Positions 1 to 9,000 of a stretch of DNA of 29,737 nucleotides are shown here, piece by piece. Within the stretch, counting starts at the first letter, position 1. The number at the start of each line of letters is the position of its first letter. The notes beneath the pieces are model-generated. The model did not search any database and was not told the origin of the DNA. It saw only the letters and a program-made list of their open reading frames with translations. A program made the translations under genes and the position numbers. The stretch is from positions 1 to 29,737 of IMG/VR virus record IMGVR_UViG_3300019875_000004. One strand, given 5' to 3'. Origin of the DNA: a virus (Duplodnaviria > Caudoviricetes).

Positions 1-12
1 CTCGCTGAGGAG

Positions 13-765
13 ATGGGCTCGAAGCCGAAGAACATGGTCAAGGCAATCTGCGTGGATGCCCTCGCTGGTATGAAGGGCTTGCAATCAGAGAGCCAGGACT
101 ACGTCATCTCCAACTTCCCGTTTGGCGTCAACATCGAGGACGTCTTCACTTCGGACAAGAAGATTTACGAGGATGATCCCGATGAAATTTCCGAGCTTTC
201 TCGCCAGGTTATTCTCGAAGCGTACCGGGTCCTCAAGCCCGACCGATGGTTCGTTGTATTTTATCCAACGCTTAAACTTGAGGAATGCCGGAAGTTTCTC
301 GCGGCAGCTGGGTTTAAGTTCCAGAAAGTTCCGGCTGTTTGGGTCAAGCCGAACAAGCGTGTGGGTAACGTGGGGGACGGTACTCAAGCCCTGGTTATCG
401 GCTACGAGCAATTCTTCTTTGCCAGAAAAGGAGACGCTCGATTCCATGAGGCTGCTCCGGCTAACAATGTATTTACCTACGACACACCAGGGGCTGACCG
501 CATCCACAGTCTACAGATGCCGCCCGAGCTTTGGGAGGCTATCTTTCGGCTTATCACTATTCGCGGAGAGACAGGGGTCGAGCCGTTTTCGGGGTCTGGT
601 AGCGGTGGGGTTGCAGCTTTCCGCAGAGACCTCAACTGGCTCGGCTTCGAGCTAGATCAGGAGTACGTCAACCGTTCGAACACCTGGATCGAAGAGACCA
701 AGCAGGGGAAGATCACCGCCGGCGGCAGCATCGAGCTGGTCAACGACGAGATTCCATTCGAATGA
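13..765 (+). CDS. DNA (N6-adenine/N4-cytosine) methyltransferase, beta-class motif order; probably begins upstream of the window
   Basis: Motif IV-like DYVISNFPF (variant of DPPY/NPPF), EAYRVLKP, WVKP, H..QMP and SAM-binding motif I EPFSGSGSGG followed by GFELDQEY. The frame is open from base 1 (CTC GCT GAG GAG ATG), so the true start may lie outside the window. Confidence 0.88.
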   Translation: MGSKPKNMVKAICVDALAGMKGLQSESQDYVISNFPFGVNIEDVFTSDKKIYEDDPDEISELSRQVILEAYRVLKPDRWFVVFYPTLKLEECRKFLAAAGFKFQKVPAVWVKPNKRVGNVGDGTQALVIGYEQFFFARKGDARFHEAAPANNVFTYDTPGADRIHSLQMPPELWEAIFRLITIRGETGVEPFSGSGSGGVAAFRRDLNWLGFELDQEYVNRSNTWIEETKQGKITAGGSIELVNDEIPFE

Positions 766-1121
766 AAACCTCTCTGAACGACTACGCCAGGGAGTCACGC
801 CAGGACAACGACAAGTGGTGGCGTGACCCCAAGACCGGCGAGAAGCTCGTTGGTCGCAACAAGGGTGAACTGATCGCCTTGATGCACTCGGAGCTGAGCG
901 AGTGCCTCGAAGGCGTCCGCAAGAACCTGATGGACGACAAGCTGCCGCACCGCACGATGGAAGAGGTTGAGCTGGCCGACTGCCTCATCCGTATCTTCGA
1001 TTACGCCGGCGAGTACAACTTGGACCTCGAAGGCGCCTATCAGGAGAAGCGGGCCTTCAACAAGGTGCGAGCCGATCACTCTCACGAGGCCCGTCTGCAA
1101 GAGGGCGGCAAGGCGTTCTAA
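762..1121 (+). CDS. MazG-like / dimeric dUTPase-fold NTP pyrophosphohydrolase
   Basis: Acidic helical motifs IALMHSELSECLEG and EEVELADCLIRIFD (ExxE...ExxD). ATGA overlap with the methyltransferase. Confidence 0.85.
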   Translation: MKTSLNDYARESRQDNDKWWRDPKTGEKLVGRNKGELIALMHSELSECLEGVRKNLMDDKLPHRTMEEVELADCLIRIFDYAGEYNLDLEGAYQEKRAFNKVRADHSHEARLQEGGKAF

Positions 1122-1882
1122 TGACCTGGATAACCACGGCCTCGGGTGCAAGGGTTGTCCTACTCGATCCGCACCCTAGTACTCTTCTGATCGAGGATAT
1201 TGCCCACGCCCTAAGCAATATCTGTCGGTACACTGGTCATACAGGGCAATTCTACTCAGTCGCCGAGCACTCCGTTCTGGCGTCGCTTCATATCTCCGAC
1301 GCAAAGTTTGCGTTGGCTGCATTGATGCACGACGCCAGTGAGGCGTATCTCGGAGATGTCTCGCGTCCGTTGAAGCAGTTGATCGGCAAGAAATACTCGG
1401 ACCTCGAGAAGCGATTCGAGGCTAGACTTGCGCAAAAGTTCAGGTATGAGTATCCTTATCCAGACGAAGTGAAGTGGGTGGACCTCGATCTACTGGAGAC
1501 CGAATACTGCCAGTTGATGGGGATGGAAGAACACCCGCTGCATCAAGGCAAGAAGCTCGATATCCGATTGGAGTGTTGGTCAGCTGTCGAAGCGGAGAAG
1601 AAATTCATCCAACGCTACGACGAGCTGGCCGGTCAATTGGACTTCGATTTCGGACCAGCACTCGCCAGGGCTTTGATCGGTCGCGACGAGGCGATGGCAA
1701 AGCCACTCTATTACATCTGCCGTGAATGCGGCCGCAAGCACAGAGTAGGGAGCAAACCAAAACATGGTACCAGGCGAGGGGCCAAGAAACGCCAAGCTGA
1801 TGATAGTCGGCGAGGCGCCAAGCTACCACGAGGTAAGAGAGGGAAGACCGTTCGTGGGCGACGCCGGCCAGGAACTCGATAA
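1121..1882 (+). CDS. HD-domain phosphohydrolase (YfbR/5'-deoxynucleotidase-like) with an atypical ~80-aa C-terminal extension
   Basis: IEDIAHALSNICRYTGH, YSVAEHS, LMHDASEAYLGDV and KWVD are the conserved HD-family pattern. TAATG overlap with the MazG gene. The last ~40 codons overlap the polymerase. Confidence 0.88.
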   Translation: MTWITTASGARVVLLDPHPSTLLIEDIAHALSNICRYTGHTGQFYSVAEHSVLASLHISDAKFALAALMHDASEAYLGDVSRPLKQLIGKKYSDLEKRFEARLAQKFRYEYPYPDEVKWVDLDLLETEYCQLMGMEEHPLHQGKKLDIRLECWSAVEAEKKFIQRYDELAGQLDFDFGPALARALIGRDEAMAKPLYYICRECGRKHRVGSKPKHGTRRGAKKRQADDSRRGAKLPRGKRGKTVRGRRRPGTR

Positions 1883-4169
1883 GCTCCTGCGTTCTGCGGG
1901 GATCCATCGTCCCGAATGCTACATCACCAACGCATGTCAGGAACAGGTACGAGGCGACAAGGCTCCGTTCTTCTTCTCGGGCGGTAAGCCTACGCCAACG
2001 TTCATGGAGAGCCTTGTTAGGCTGTACAAGGATATCCACGAAATTCGTCCGAATGTCATCGTAGCCCTGGGCAACTACGCCCAATACGCCTTACTCGGAC
2101 AGGCCAGTGGAATCCTCAACAATCGCGGATCAATTCTATGGTCCGACCCAGCAAACTGTAAGGTCATTCCTACACTCCATCCTTCAGCCCTTCTTCGCGG
2201 GAAGCCCGACGGCGCCGACAAATCTTCGGGCGGAATGTACAAGTACCGAAATCCTGTTATCTGGGACCTTGCCCGTGCCAAGGAACAGTCCAAGTTCCAT
2301 GAATTACGACGGCGCCCGCGCAACCTGGTTATTGATCCGGTCGGAGACGATCTGGACCGGTCAGTTCAGAGACTCCTCGATGCTCAGCGACTCGTGGTTG
2401 ACATTGAGTCCTGGGGAGGCACGCGCCTCGCTTGCATTGGCTTCTCGGATGGCGACCCTGAATGGGCAGTTACGTTCAGCGGAGCTAGTCAGGATCGACT
2501 TGACCTTTATCGGGCACTCCTAGAAAACGACATCCCGAAGATTGGTCAGAACCTCATGTACGATGCGACCATGCTGGATCAAAACCGCATCTTCATGAGG
2601 AACATTGTGCATGACACCATGATCGCGCAGCACGTCCTGTTGCCCGACCTTCCGAAGTCGCTCGGCTTTATGAACTCCATCTACACGGACATCCCGTTCT
2701 ATAAGGACGAGGGGAAAGTGTGGAACCAGCCGCGCACCCCGGAACTCGAGCGGCAATACTTCGAGTATAACGCCAAGGACATCTGCGCTACCGCTGAGAT
2801 TTTCCAGACGCAAGACAAGGAGCTCGGCGATGAGAACCTACGAGAAGTCTTCCAGCGTTCGATGATGGTGTTCGAGCCGCTTCGGCAGGCCACATTCCGA
2901 GGGATGAAGTGCGACCTCACGAAGATGTGGAAGCTGATCGAACAGACCCAGAACAACCTCGTGTCCGCGCAGGCTGAACTGGACAAGTTGGCAGGATGGT
3001 CCGTGAACGTCAACTCCCATGTCCAGGTAAAAAAGCTCCTATATGATCAGCTCGCCCTTTCGGATCGGAAGAACCAGTCGAGTGACGCACCCACCATCCT
3101 CAACATTGCCGCTAACACTGGCGCACGGGCTCCCTACCTTGTTATACGGGCTCGCAAGGAGCAGAAACTCCTTAGTGTCTACTACAAGACGGGTATTCTT
3201 TCGAGCGACGCCCGAATTAGATTTGGATTTAACGTCGTTGGCACGTTCGGAGCTAGGATCAGTAGTTCAGCACCTCTATGGGGACCGGGTCTCAATGGGC
3301 AAAACATACCGGGTCCGGCTCGGGAGATGTTGGTGCCTGATGACGGGTACACGCTATTGGAATTCGATCAGGCTCAGGCGGAAGCCGTTCTCGTCGCCTA
3401 CTTGGCAAACGATCCGATCCACATGGATTGTTTTCGGAACGGAAAAGACGTGCACCGGGTTACTGCTTGTCTCCTGCTGGACCGACCCGGGTCTGACTGG
3501 CAACAGATTGGTAAACCGTCTGCTATCCGCGAGCTGGCTAAGACTTGTAACCACGAACTCAACTACAACGCCGGCCCCGGTCAGTTCCAGCTGACGGTGA
3601 ACGAGAGCTACGATCCGGACGATCCGTCGACGGTGAAGATCGACTTCTCAACCGCGAAGAAAACCCGTGACAAATATCTCCGAACCCGTCCGGCTCTCAC
3701 TGCATATTGGGAAAGTATCAAGTCCGAGCTTAAGCTTAACCGAACTCTTACCACACCTCTCGGACGCCGATATCAATTCCTTGATGCATGGAGCGATGAA
3801 CTCCTTCGCAAGGCATATAGCTACAAGCCTCAATGCACAGTTGGTGAAACTACCAACATCGGCATCTGCCAGGTCCTTGGAATCACCGATCTTGAGCGGG
3901 AGATGGATGAGCGATATCTCCTACAGCGAGAGATCGCCAAGTTGGACTTCTTCTTTTCCCTCCAGGTTCATGATTCCACGATCTGGCAAGTTCGGCATGA
4001 ACATGTGGATGCTTTCGTCCCTCTTGCCATGAAGCTGCTCGAGGTTCCGCTACTCGTCAACGGCTATCGCATCTGCGTACCGATCGAAGGCACAGCCAGC
4101 GACGTTTGGACCAAGGACAAGAAGAAGGTGCGGGACCTCGGTATCTCGCGGAAGTCCGTTGAACTATGA
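1764..4169 (+). CDS. polA: Family A DNA polymerase with N-terminal family-4 uracil-DNA glycosylase domain and 3'-5' exonuclease
   Basis: UDG-4 motifs VPGEGP, IVGEAP, RPFVG, YITN, LHPS. Exo motifs DIE, GQNLMYD, YNAKD. Pol motifs GARISSS..QNIP, DQAQAE (A), RELAKTCNHELNY (B), QVHDS (C). SD-like AGGGAG at 1747-1752. Confidence 0.95.
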   Translation: MVPGEGPRNAKLMIVGEAPSYHEVREGRPFVGDAGQELDKLLRSAGIHRPECYITNACQEQVRGDKAPFFFSGGKPTPTFMESLVRLYKDIHEIRPNVIVALGNYAQYALLGQASGILNNRGSILWSDPANCKVIPTLHPSALLRGKPDGADKSSGGMYKYRNPVIWDLARAKEQSKFHELRRRPRNLVIDPVGDDLDRSVQRLLDAQRLVVDIESWGGTRLACIGFSDGDPEWAVTFSGASQDRLDLYRALLENDIPKIGQNLMYDATMLDQNRIFMRNIVHDTMIAQHVLLPDLPKSLGFMNSIYTDIPFYKDEGKVWNQPRTPELERQYFEYNAKDICATAEIFQTQDKELGDENLREVFQRSMMVFEPLRQATFRGMKCDLTKMWKLIEQTQNNLVSAQAELDKLAGWSVNVNSHVQVKKLLYDQLALSDRKNQSSDAPTILNIAANTGARAPYLVIRARKEQKLLSVYYKTGILSSDARIRFGFNVVGTFGARISSSAPLWGPGLNGQNIPGPAREMLVPDDGYTLLEFDQAQAEAVLVAYLANDPIHMDCFRNGKDVHRVTACLLLDRPGSDWQQIGKPSAIRELAKTCNHELNYNAGPGQFQLTVNESYDPDDPSTVKIDFSTAKKTRDKYLRTRPALTAYWESIKSELKLNRTLTTPLGRRYQFLDAWSDELLRKAYSYKPQCTVGETTNIGICQVLGITDLEREMDERYLLQREIAKLDFFFSLQVHDSTIWQVRHEHVDAFVPLAMKLLEVPLLVNGYRICVPIEGTASDVWTKDKKKVRDLGISRKSVEL

Positions 4170-4564
4170 GGGTTACGATCGACACGACCGCTGCTCGGGG
4201 CTGCGTCATCAAAGGGTGCCGCAGCACCAGCACGGTCTACCGACATCACAAAGGCTGTGATCATCTGATCGGTATGTACAACGCCTTGATCAGGCTCCAA
4301 TATGCAGAGTTCCGTGATTGCTGCGATGTCTGCGACAAACACCATATGTGGATCCATTTCAACTATAGGAGAATCATCAAAGGTTGGACAGATTGGTCAC
4401 CACAAGGCGCGCTCCGGCTGAGAGCCAAGCTGATTGCCAAGTGTGATCGGCTTATATCCGGTGAGGATAAGCTCAACAAGCCTACGAAACAGTTCGTCCA
4501 GTATTGGCGTAGGAGGCGCAGAAAATGGTTGAAGGCAATGAGACAGGGCCGCCAGAGCAACTGA
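4166..4564 (+). CDS. HNH-like / Zn-binding small protein
   Basis: Cx4C...HH...CxxHHxxxH pattern (GCVIKGC, YRHH, VCDKHHMWIH). ATGA overlap with the polymerase stop. Confidence 0.55.
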   Translation: MRVTIDTTAARGCVIKGCRSTSTVYRHHKGCDHLIGMYNALIRLQYAEFRDCCDVCDKHHMWIHFNYRRIIKGWTDWSPQGALRLRAKLIAKCDRLISGEDKLNKPTKQFVQYWRRRRRKWLKAMRQGRQSN

Positions 4565-5877
4565 AGCCCTATGAGAGGCAATGTGGGAACTGGATCAGAG
4601 CATATCTGGATTTCACCTCGGAAAGCGAATCGCCGGAGAGCTACCACCTGTGGGCGGGTATCTCTGCGATTGCTTCGGCCGTCCGTAGAAACGTCTGGTT
4701 GGACCAGGGTCTCTACGTTCTCTTTCCCAACTTATATATCGCCTTCATCGGTCCTCCTGCGAGGACAGCCAAAAGCACAGCTCTTTACCTCCAGAAGGGT
4801 ATCATCAATAACATTCCTGGAGTTAAAATGGGCCCTGCAGCTTGTTCCAGGGAACAGCTTATCCGGGCAATGGCGGAGTCTAAGTTCGATAACCAGTGTG
4901 CTCTTACCATCCATAGCTCGGAGTTTTCGGACCTCATTGATACGTCAGGCATATTGATGATCCAGTTTCTTACTACCATCTATGACGGCAACTACGTTGA
5001 TGCGGCCGGATGGAAGTATGAGACCAAGCATCAAGGAAAGGACAACATCATCAATCCTTTCCTGAACATGATTATTGGAACAACTCCGAGCTACTTCGCC
5101 GAATCAATGCCGGAGTCCATCGTTGGACACGGCTTCACATCGAGGACCATCATTGTCTATGAGGAGAAGGAGCGCCATCAGAATCCGCGTCCTAGAGCGA
5201 ACGACTCGGCCTTGGCGAAGGCTCTGGTGGACGACCTGCGCCATATCAGTAGGATACGTGGGGAGTTCAAGTGGGGTGGCAATGTACTGCGAAAGGACGA
5301 CGATGGCAACGCCGTCACAGAGGCAATGGACACCTACGACCGGTATTATCGGTCACTCTATGATAATGTGCCAGTTGACCACAGGCTTGAAGGTTTTCAT
5401 TGGCGTAAGAAAACTCACGTCCTTAAAGTAGCAATGCTCCTGGCTCTGGCAGAGCGGGACGATTTGATCATTCAGTCCCGAGACGTTGAGACGGCAGCGC
5501 AATTTTTGCGCGACCTAGAACCCTCGATGGCCAGAGCTTTCAGCGCGGTCGGACGTAACGAGTTTGCCAGTGTGATCGAACGGATTGGCTCCCAGGTACG
5601 ACTTGCGGGAGAGATATCCTTGGAGGACATCTACTCCCGCAATTACTCAGCCGGTTCTGCTTACGAGCTGGATAACGTAATCCAGACCCTTGAGAAGATG
5701 GGTGCTGTCCGTCGCAAGTCCGTGATCAAAGATGGTACCGTCATCACCATGCTAGCCACTCCAACTACTCAAAAGGCGTTACCGTGGGCTGTGAAAGCAA
5801 AGCCGGTGGTAAAGGTGGAGGGAGAACCCGGTCACGAGGATCATCTAGGTAACGGTCAAGACCCAGCTCAGCGCTAA
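4525..5877 (+). CDS. DUF3987/YfjI-type P-loop NTPase (putative replicative helicase-like)
   Basis: N-terminal WI.AYL.FT...ESP..YH.W, PNLYIAFIGPPARTAKST (Walker A variant), IHSSEF (Walker B variant), GTTP and GFTSR. AGGAGG SD 8 nt upstream. Confidence 0.75.
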   Translation: MVEGNETGPPEQLKPYERQCGNWIRAYLDFTSESESPESYHLWAGISAIASAVRRNVWLDQGLYVLFPNLYIAFIGPPARTAKSTALYLQKGIINNIPGVKMGPAACSREQLIRAMAESKFDNQCALTIHSSEFSDLIDTSGILMIQFLTTIYDGNYVDAAGWKYETKHQGKDNIINPFLNMIIGTTPSYFAESMPESIVGHGFTSRTIIVYEEKERHQNPRPRANDSALAKALVDDLRHISRIRGEFKWGGNVLRKDDDGNAVTEAMDTYDRYYRSLYDNVPVDHRLEGFHWRKKTHVLKVAMLLALAERDDLIIQSRDVETAAQFLRDLEPSMARAFSAVGRNEFASVIERIGSQVRLAGEISLEDIYSRNYSAGSAYELDNVIQTLEKMGAVRRKSVIKDGTVITMLATPTTQKALPWAVKAKPVVKVEGEPGHEDHLGNGQDPAQR

Positions 5878-6079
5878 GCCTTTCATGCGGAACGTACTCG
5901 TAGCCTCTCGGCTGTGGGGTGTTGTACGGTGTCTGAGCCTCCACCTGCCAGTTCACCTGGTTGACAACCGTATTGTCCGGAGCAGCAGGATTCACCGTGC
6001 TAGATGGATTGGCGCATATCTGGCACGGGTGAACCAACGTCGGGTGTTTTGGGCATTTCCTACCATCGGTATCGTACAT
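5765..6079 (-). CDS. Hypothetical protein with CxxH-x6-CxxC Zn-ribbon; last gene of the late operon
   Basis: GGAGG SD 9 nt before ATG. Starts 2 nt after the 1740-aa gene stop. Motif CPKHPTLVHPCQIC. Confidence 0.6.
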   Translation of the reverse strand: MYDTDGRKCPKHPTLVHPCQICANPSSTVNPAAPDNTVVNQVNWQVEAQTPYNTPQPRGYEYVPHERLSAELGLDRYLDDPRDRVLPPPLPPALLSQPTVTPFE

Positions 6080-6081
6080 GG

Positions 6082-9000
6082 CTAATAACCTCCCACCGGT
6101 TTGCTACCCGTTGGTTTCGTCTCCATCGTCTGAGGCATCGAGTTTGCCGGCACATCTGCCTCAAGCGGACGGTTCTTCCGAGACCTCATCATCGTTCCTC
6201 CTGGCTGAGGTTTCGGCGGAGTTGGCGGAGCTTGAACGCCGGCAGATTGAGCGGCTCCTTGGACCCTCAGATCGACCGGCTGCTCTCCGGTCCCTGTGGC
6301 CATGTTATTTAACATGGTTCCCAACGCCGGAGAAGTAGATTGAAACGGACCAGAAGTCATGCCGTACCCTTGCAGACCTGGCATATCGGTCATAATCTCG
6401 ATTTTCCGTCTGATCTGGTAATCTTTTGTGACCCTGGTCCCCAAGGTGGCCGCCAGAAAGTCTACCTGGTCGTACGCGCCGACCATCTTGGAGACATCAC
6501 GGAATGCCGAGTGGTACGGTACGAAGGCCGGCAAAGTGTTCCAGATCATCTGGCTGCCCTGGCTTACCCTCGTCTCTCCAAGTGGGTCTTCACCGAAGCT
6601 GGAAACTTCACCGAGGCCACGCATGAGCGTGGAGGCACCCATCGCCACTTGCAGACCGGGACCCCCGCTGTAAGCCAAGGCCCCGTAGCTCGCCCACCTC
6701 GAAAGATCGACGTTAAGGACTTCGCGCCCGACCTCAAGGATCGCCGCGTTGACCAAGGCATGGCGAGCCAAGATGCCGAAAGCGTCAGCCTTGTACGGCC
6801 CCTTCGCTATCGCCTTGATCTGTTGGGTAAGATAATCCCCGTACCACATGGACCAGGTACCGAACTGACCGAGGAGACGCCCACCCATAGAGCGCATCCA
6901 TCGAGCCTGCATGCCACGGCCGTACAGATAGTTGGTGTAATCGGCAGCGAGTTTGCCGGCGTACTTCGCCGCGAAGTGTGGATCATTAGTGGCACGCCGG
7001 ATAAACTCCTCAGACGCCTCTGGTCCGTGGATATAGACCTTCGCATCCCGAATCAGGTTTTCTTTCAGGCGCTCGAGGACCACGTCGCTCGTTCCTTTCT
7101 TCTCTACTGCCTTAGCGAAGGTCTGGAGTGCCTCTTCCGCCTTAAACTTAGCGGCGAAGTAGGTCCCGGTCCTGGTGAACTCGTCGGCTGAATCGTACAA
7201 CATGGTCGACGCTTCGTGCATGTCCTGCAAACGCTTCGGGAGCTTGGCGAGCAGCGCCCGAGTTTCCTCGTCGGCAGAGAGCAGCCCACCAGAATACTTG
7301 TTGATGACCCGAGCTGCTATGGCTTCGGCCTTGCCTTCCTTAGTTAGAGCGTAGCCAATCGCCTCGTTGAACCGAGGACCATGGTAGAGCGGATAGGACA
7401 TAACCCAAATGTCCTTTGCGTTACGCAAGGCGAGGGCTGGTCTGAAACCCATCGTGCTCGAATAGACCAAGCTGGTCGTCCAATCGACGAACCGATCGGC
7501 GAGCGATGATTTGCCTTCGCGAGTCATGGAGTGAGGTAGCTTGTCCATGATCGACTCGAACATGGCCTTCATTGCCACACGCTGCTCGGCAAACTCGTAT
7601 CCGCCCATAGCCTGGAGCATGTTCGCTAGAGGCAATGCGAGGTTGGGACTCTTCGCCGCGACCATGCGAACCATCTCGCGGGCCTCGTCCTGAGCCTGCT
7701 TCATGAACCGATTTTTGGCGCCAGCTCGGAGATACTGCACGGCCACACCGAACGCGTCCTTGTTGTAAACGTCGATGAGGCCCTCTCTGATATGGTCAGA
7801 GACCCAATCTGTCCCACGCGGAACAGTTTGGCCCTTGCCAACCATCTGAGCCATGAAGTCCTGGAAGCTGGTTGGGTTCCCAGACTGCACAGCCTGTCGA
7901 TAATGCGGCATGTAGTTCTCCACGAATGGAGCCCCAACGCCGAGTGCCGGATAGGCTGCATCGTACCACTTACCCAGCTCTTCCGCTGCCCGAACTTCTC
8001 GCGGCGACATCTGCTTCGCCAGCTCTATCCGGCCGACAGCGTCCGCCTCACGAAAGTCGGTGATGAGTTCTTGGTTGGCCTTCGGTCCCGCCAACTTGAT
8101 GATCTTCTCCAGCGGCATGACACCTTCAGGGAGCTTGCCACCAACCCCCTTGAACCACAGCGCCTCGAAGTTAGAGCGGGCCACCTTCTGGCTCTGCATG
8201 TTCGAGGCCGCTTTGTACATCTCGGTCCCGAACTTCTTGTCCAGATCGCGCATCAGCGGAATCATGGGCTTCAATGCCAGCTGAGAGGTGGTCGGACCCG
8301 CGTCCGCCGGCAGTTGACCCATCGTCGCTTCCATCCGCTTCCAGTCGATCGGAAGCATTTCGTTCATCCTCGGCGGCGGCCCTCCCCCACCGATGTATCC
8401 CATATTGCGATCTGGCCCGAGCAGCCGGGTAATCTCGTCCGAACCCAGCTCGGCCATTGGTGAAGTGTCTTTGCGGACCCATGCGAGGGCGGATTTGAGG
8501 TCCTTGAAAAGCATGGGCTCAGCGCCCCCTTCGTTAGCTTTCGCAAGGCGAATCTTCCCGCCCTTCATGTTCTCCGCGATGTAACCGCGAGAGCTGGCAA
8601 ACGACTCGAACTCCCGGTACTTGGTGATTTCCTGCGCCCAACCCTTCGTCATGGCAAGGCGCATCTTCGCCAGCGACTGCCGTTCTCCGTCGGTGAGATA
8701 CGAGGCGAACAAGTTCGACCCTCTGTATTCGCCTTCGAGGGAACTGGGTAGGATAGTCAGGTTCTTCTCGTGAACCACGACTTCCGATCCGGTCATCGTC
8801 TCCTTGACCTTGATCCCCTTCGCATCTCGGCCGAGGATTTCCGCCGCGGAACCATCAGGTAGAATCGCAGCTTGACCACGGAAGATACCCTCCTTGCCGT
8901 ACTGCATCGCCATGTCAGGCGTGATGGAATTGCTGATCGACTGTGGCTTGATCATCTGAGCCACATGATCCTGCACCACGGCGCCCAACGGAGTCTGGAA

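Noticed and set aside
762-4169. Calling this a 2-aminoadenine (Z-genome) cluster
   Set aside because: No purZ in the window, and I cannot assign the HD and MazG proteins to the DatZ and MazZ clades by eye. Kept only as a hypothesis.
5885-6338. Short + strand ORFs after the NTPase (5885-6085, 6004-6312, 6078-6338)
   Set aside because: No convincing SD or motifs, and they lie opposite better-supported minus-strand genes.
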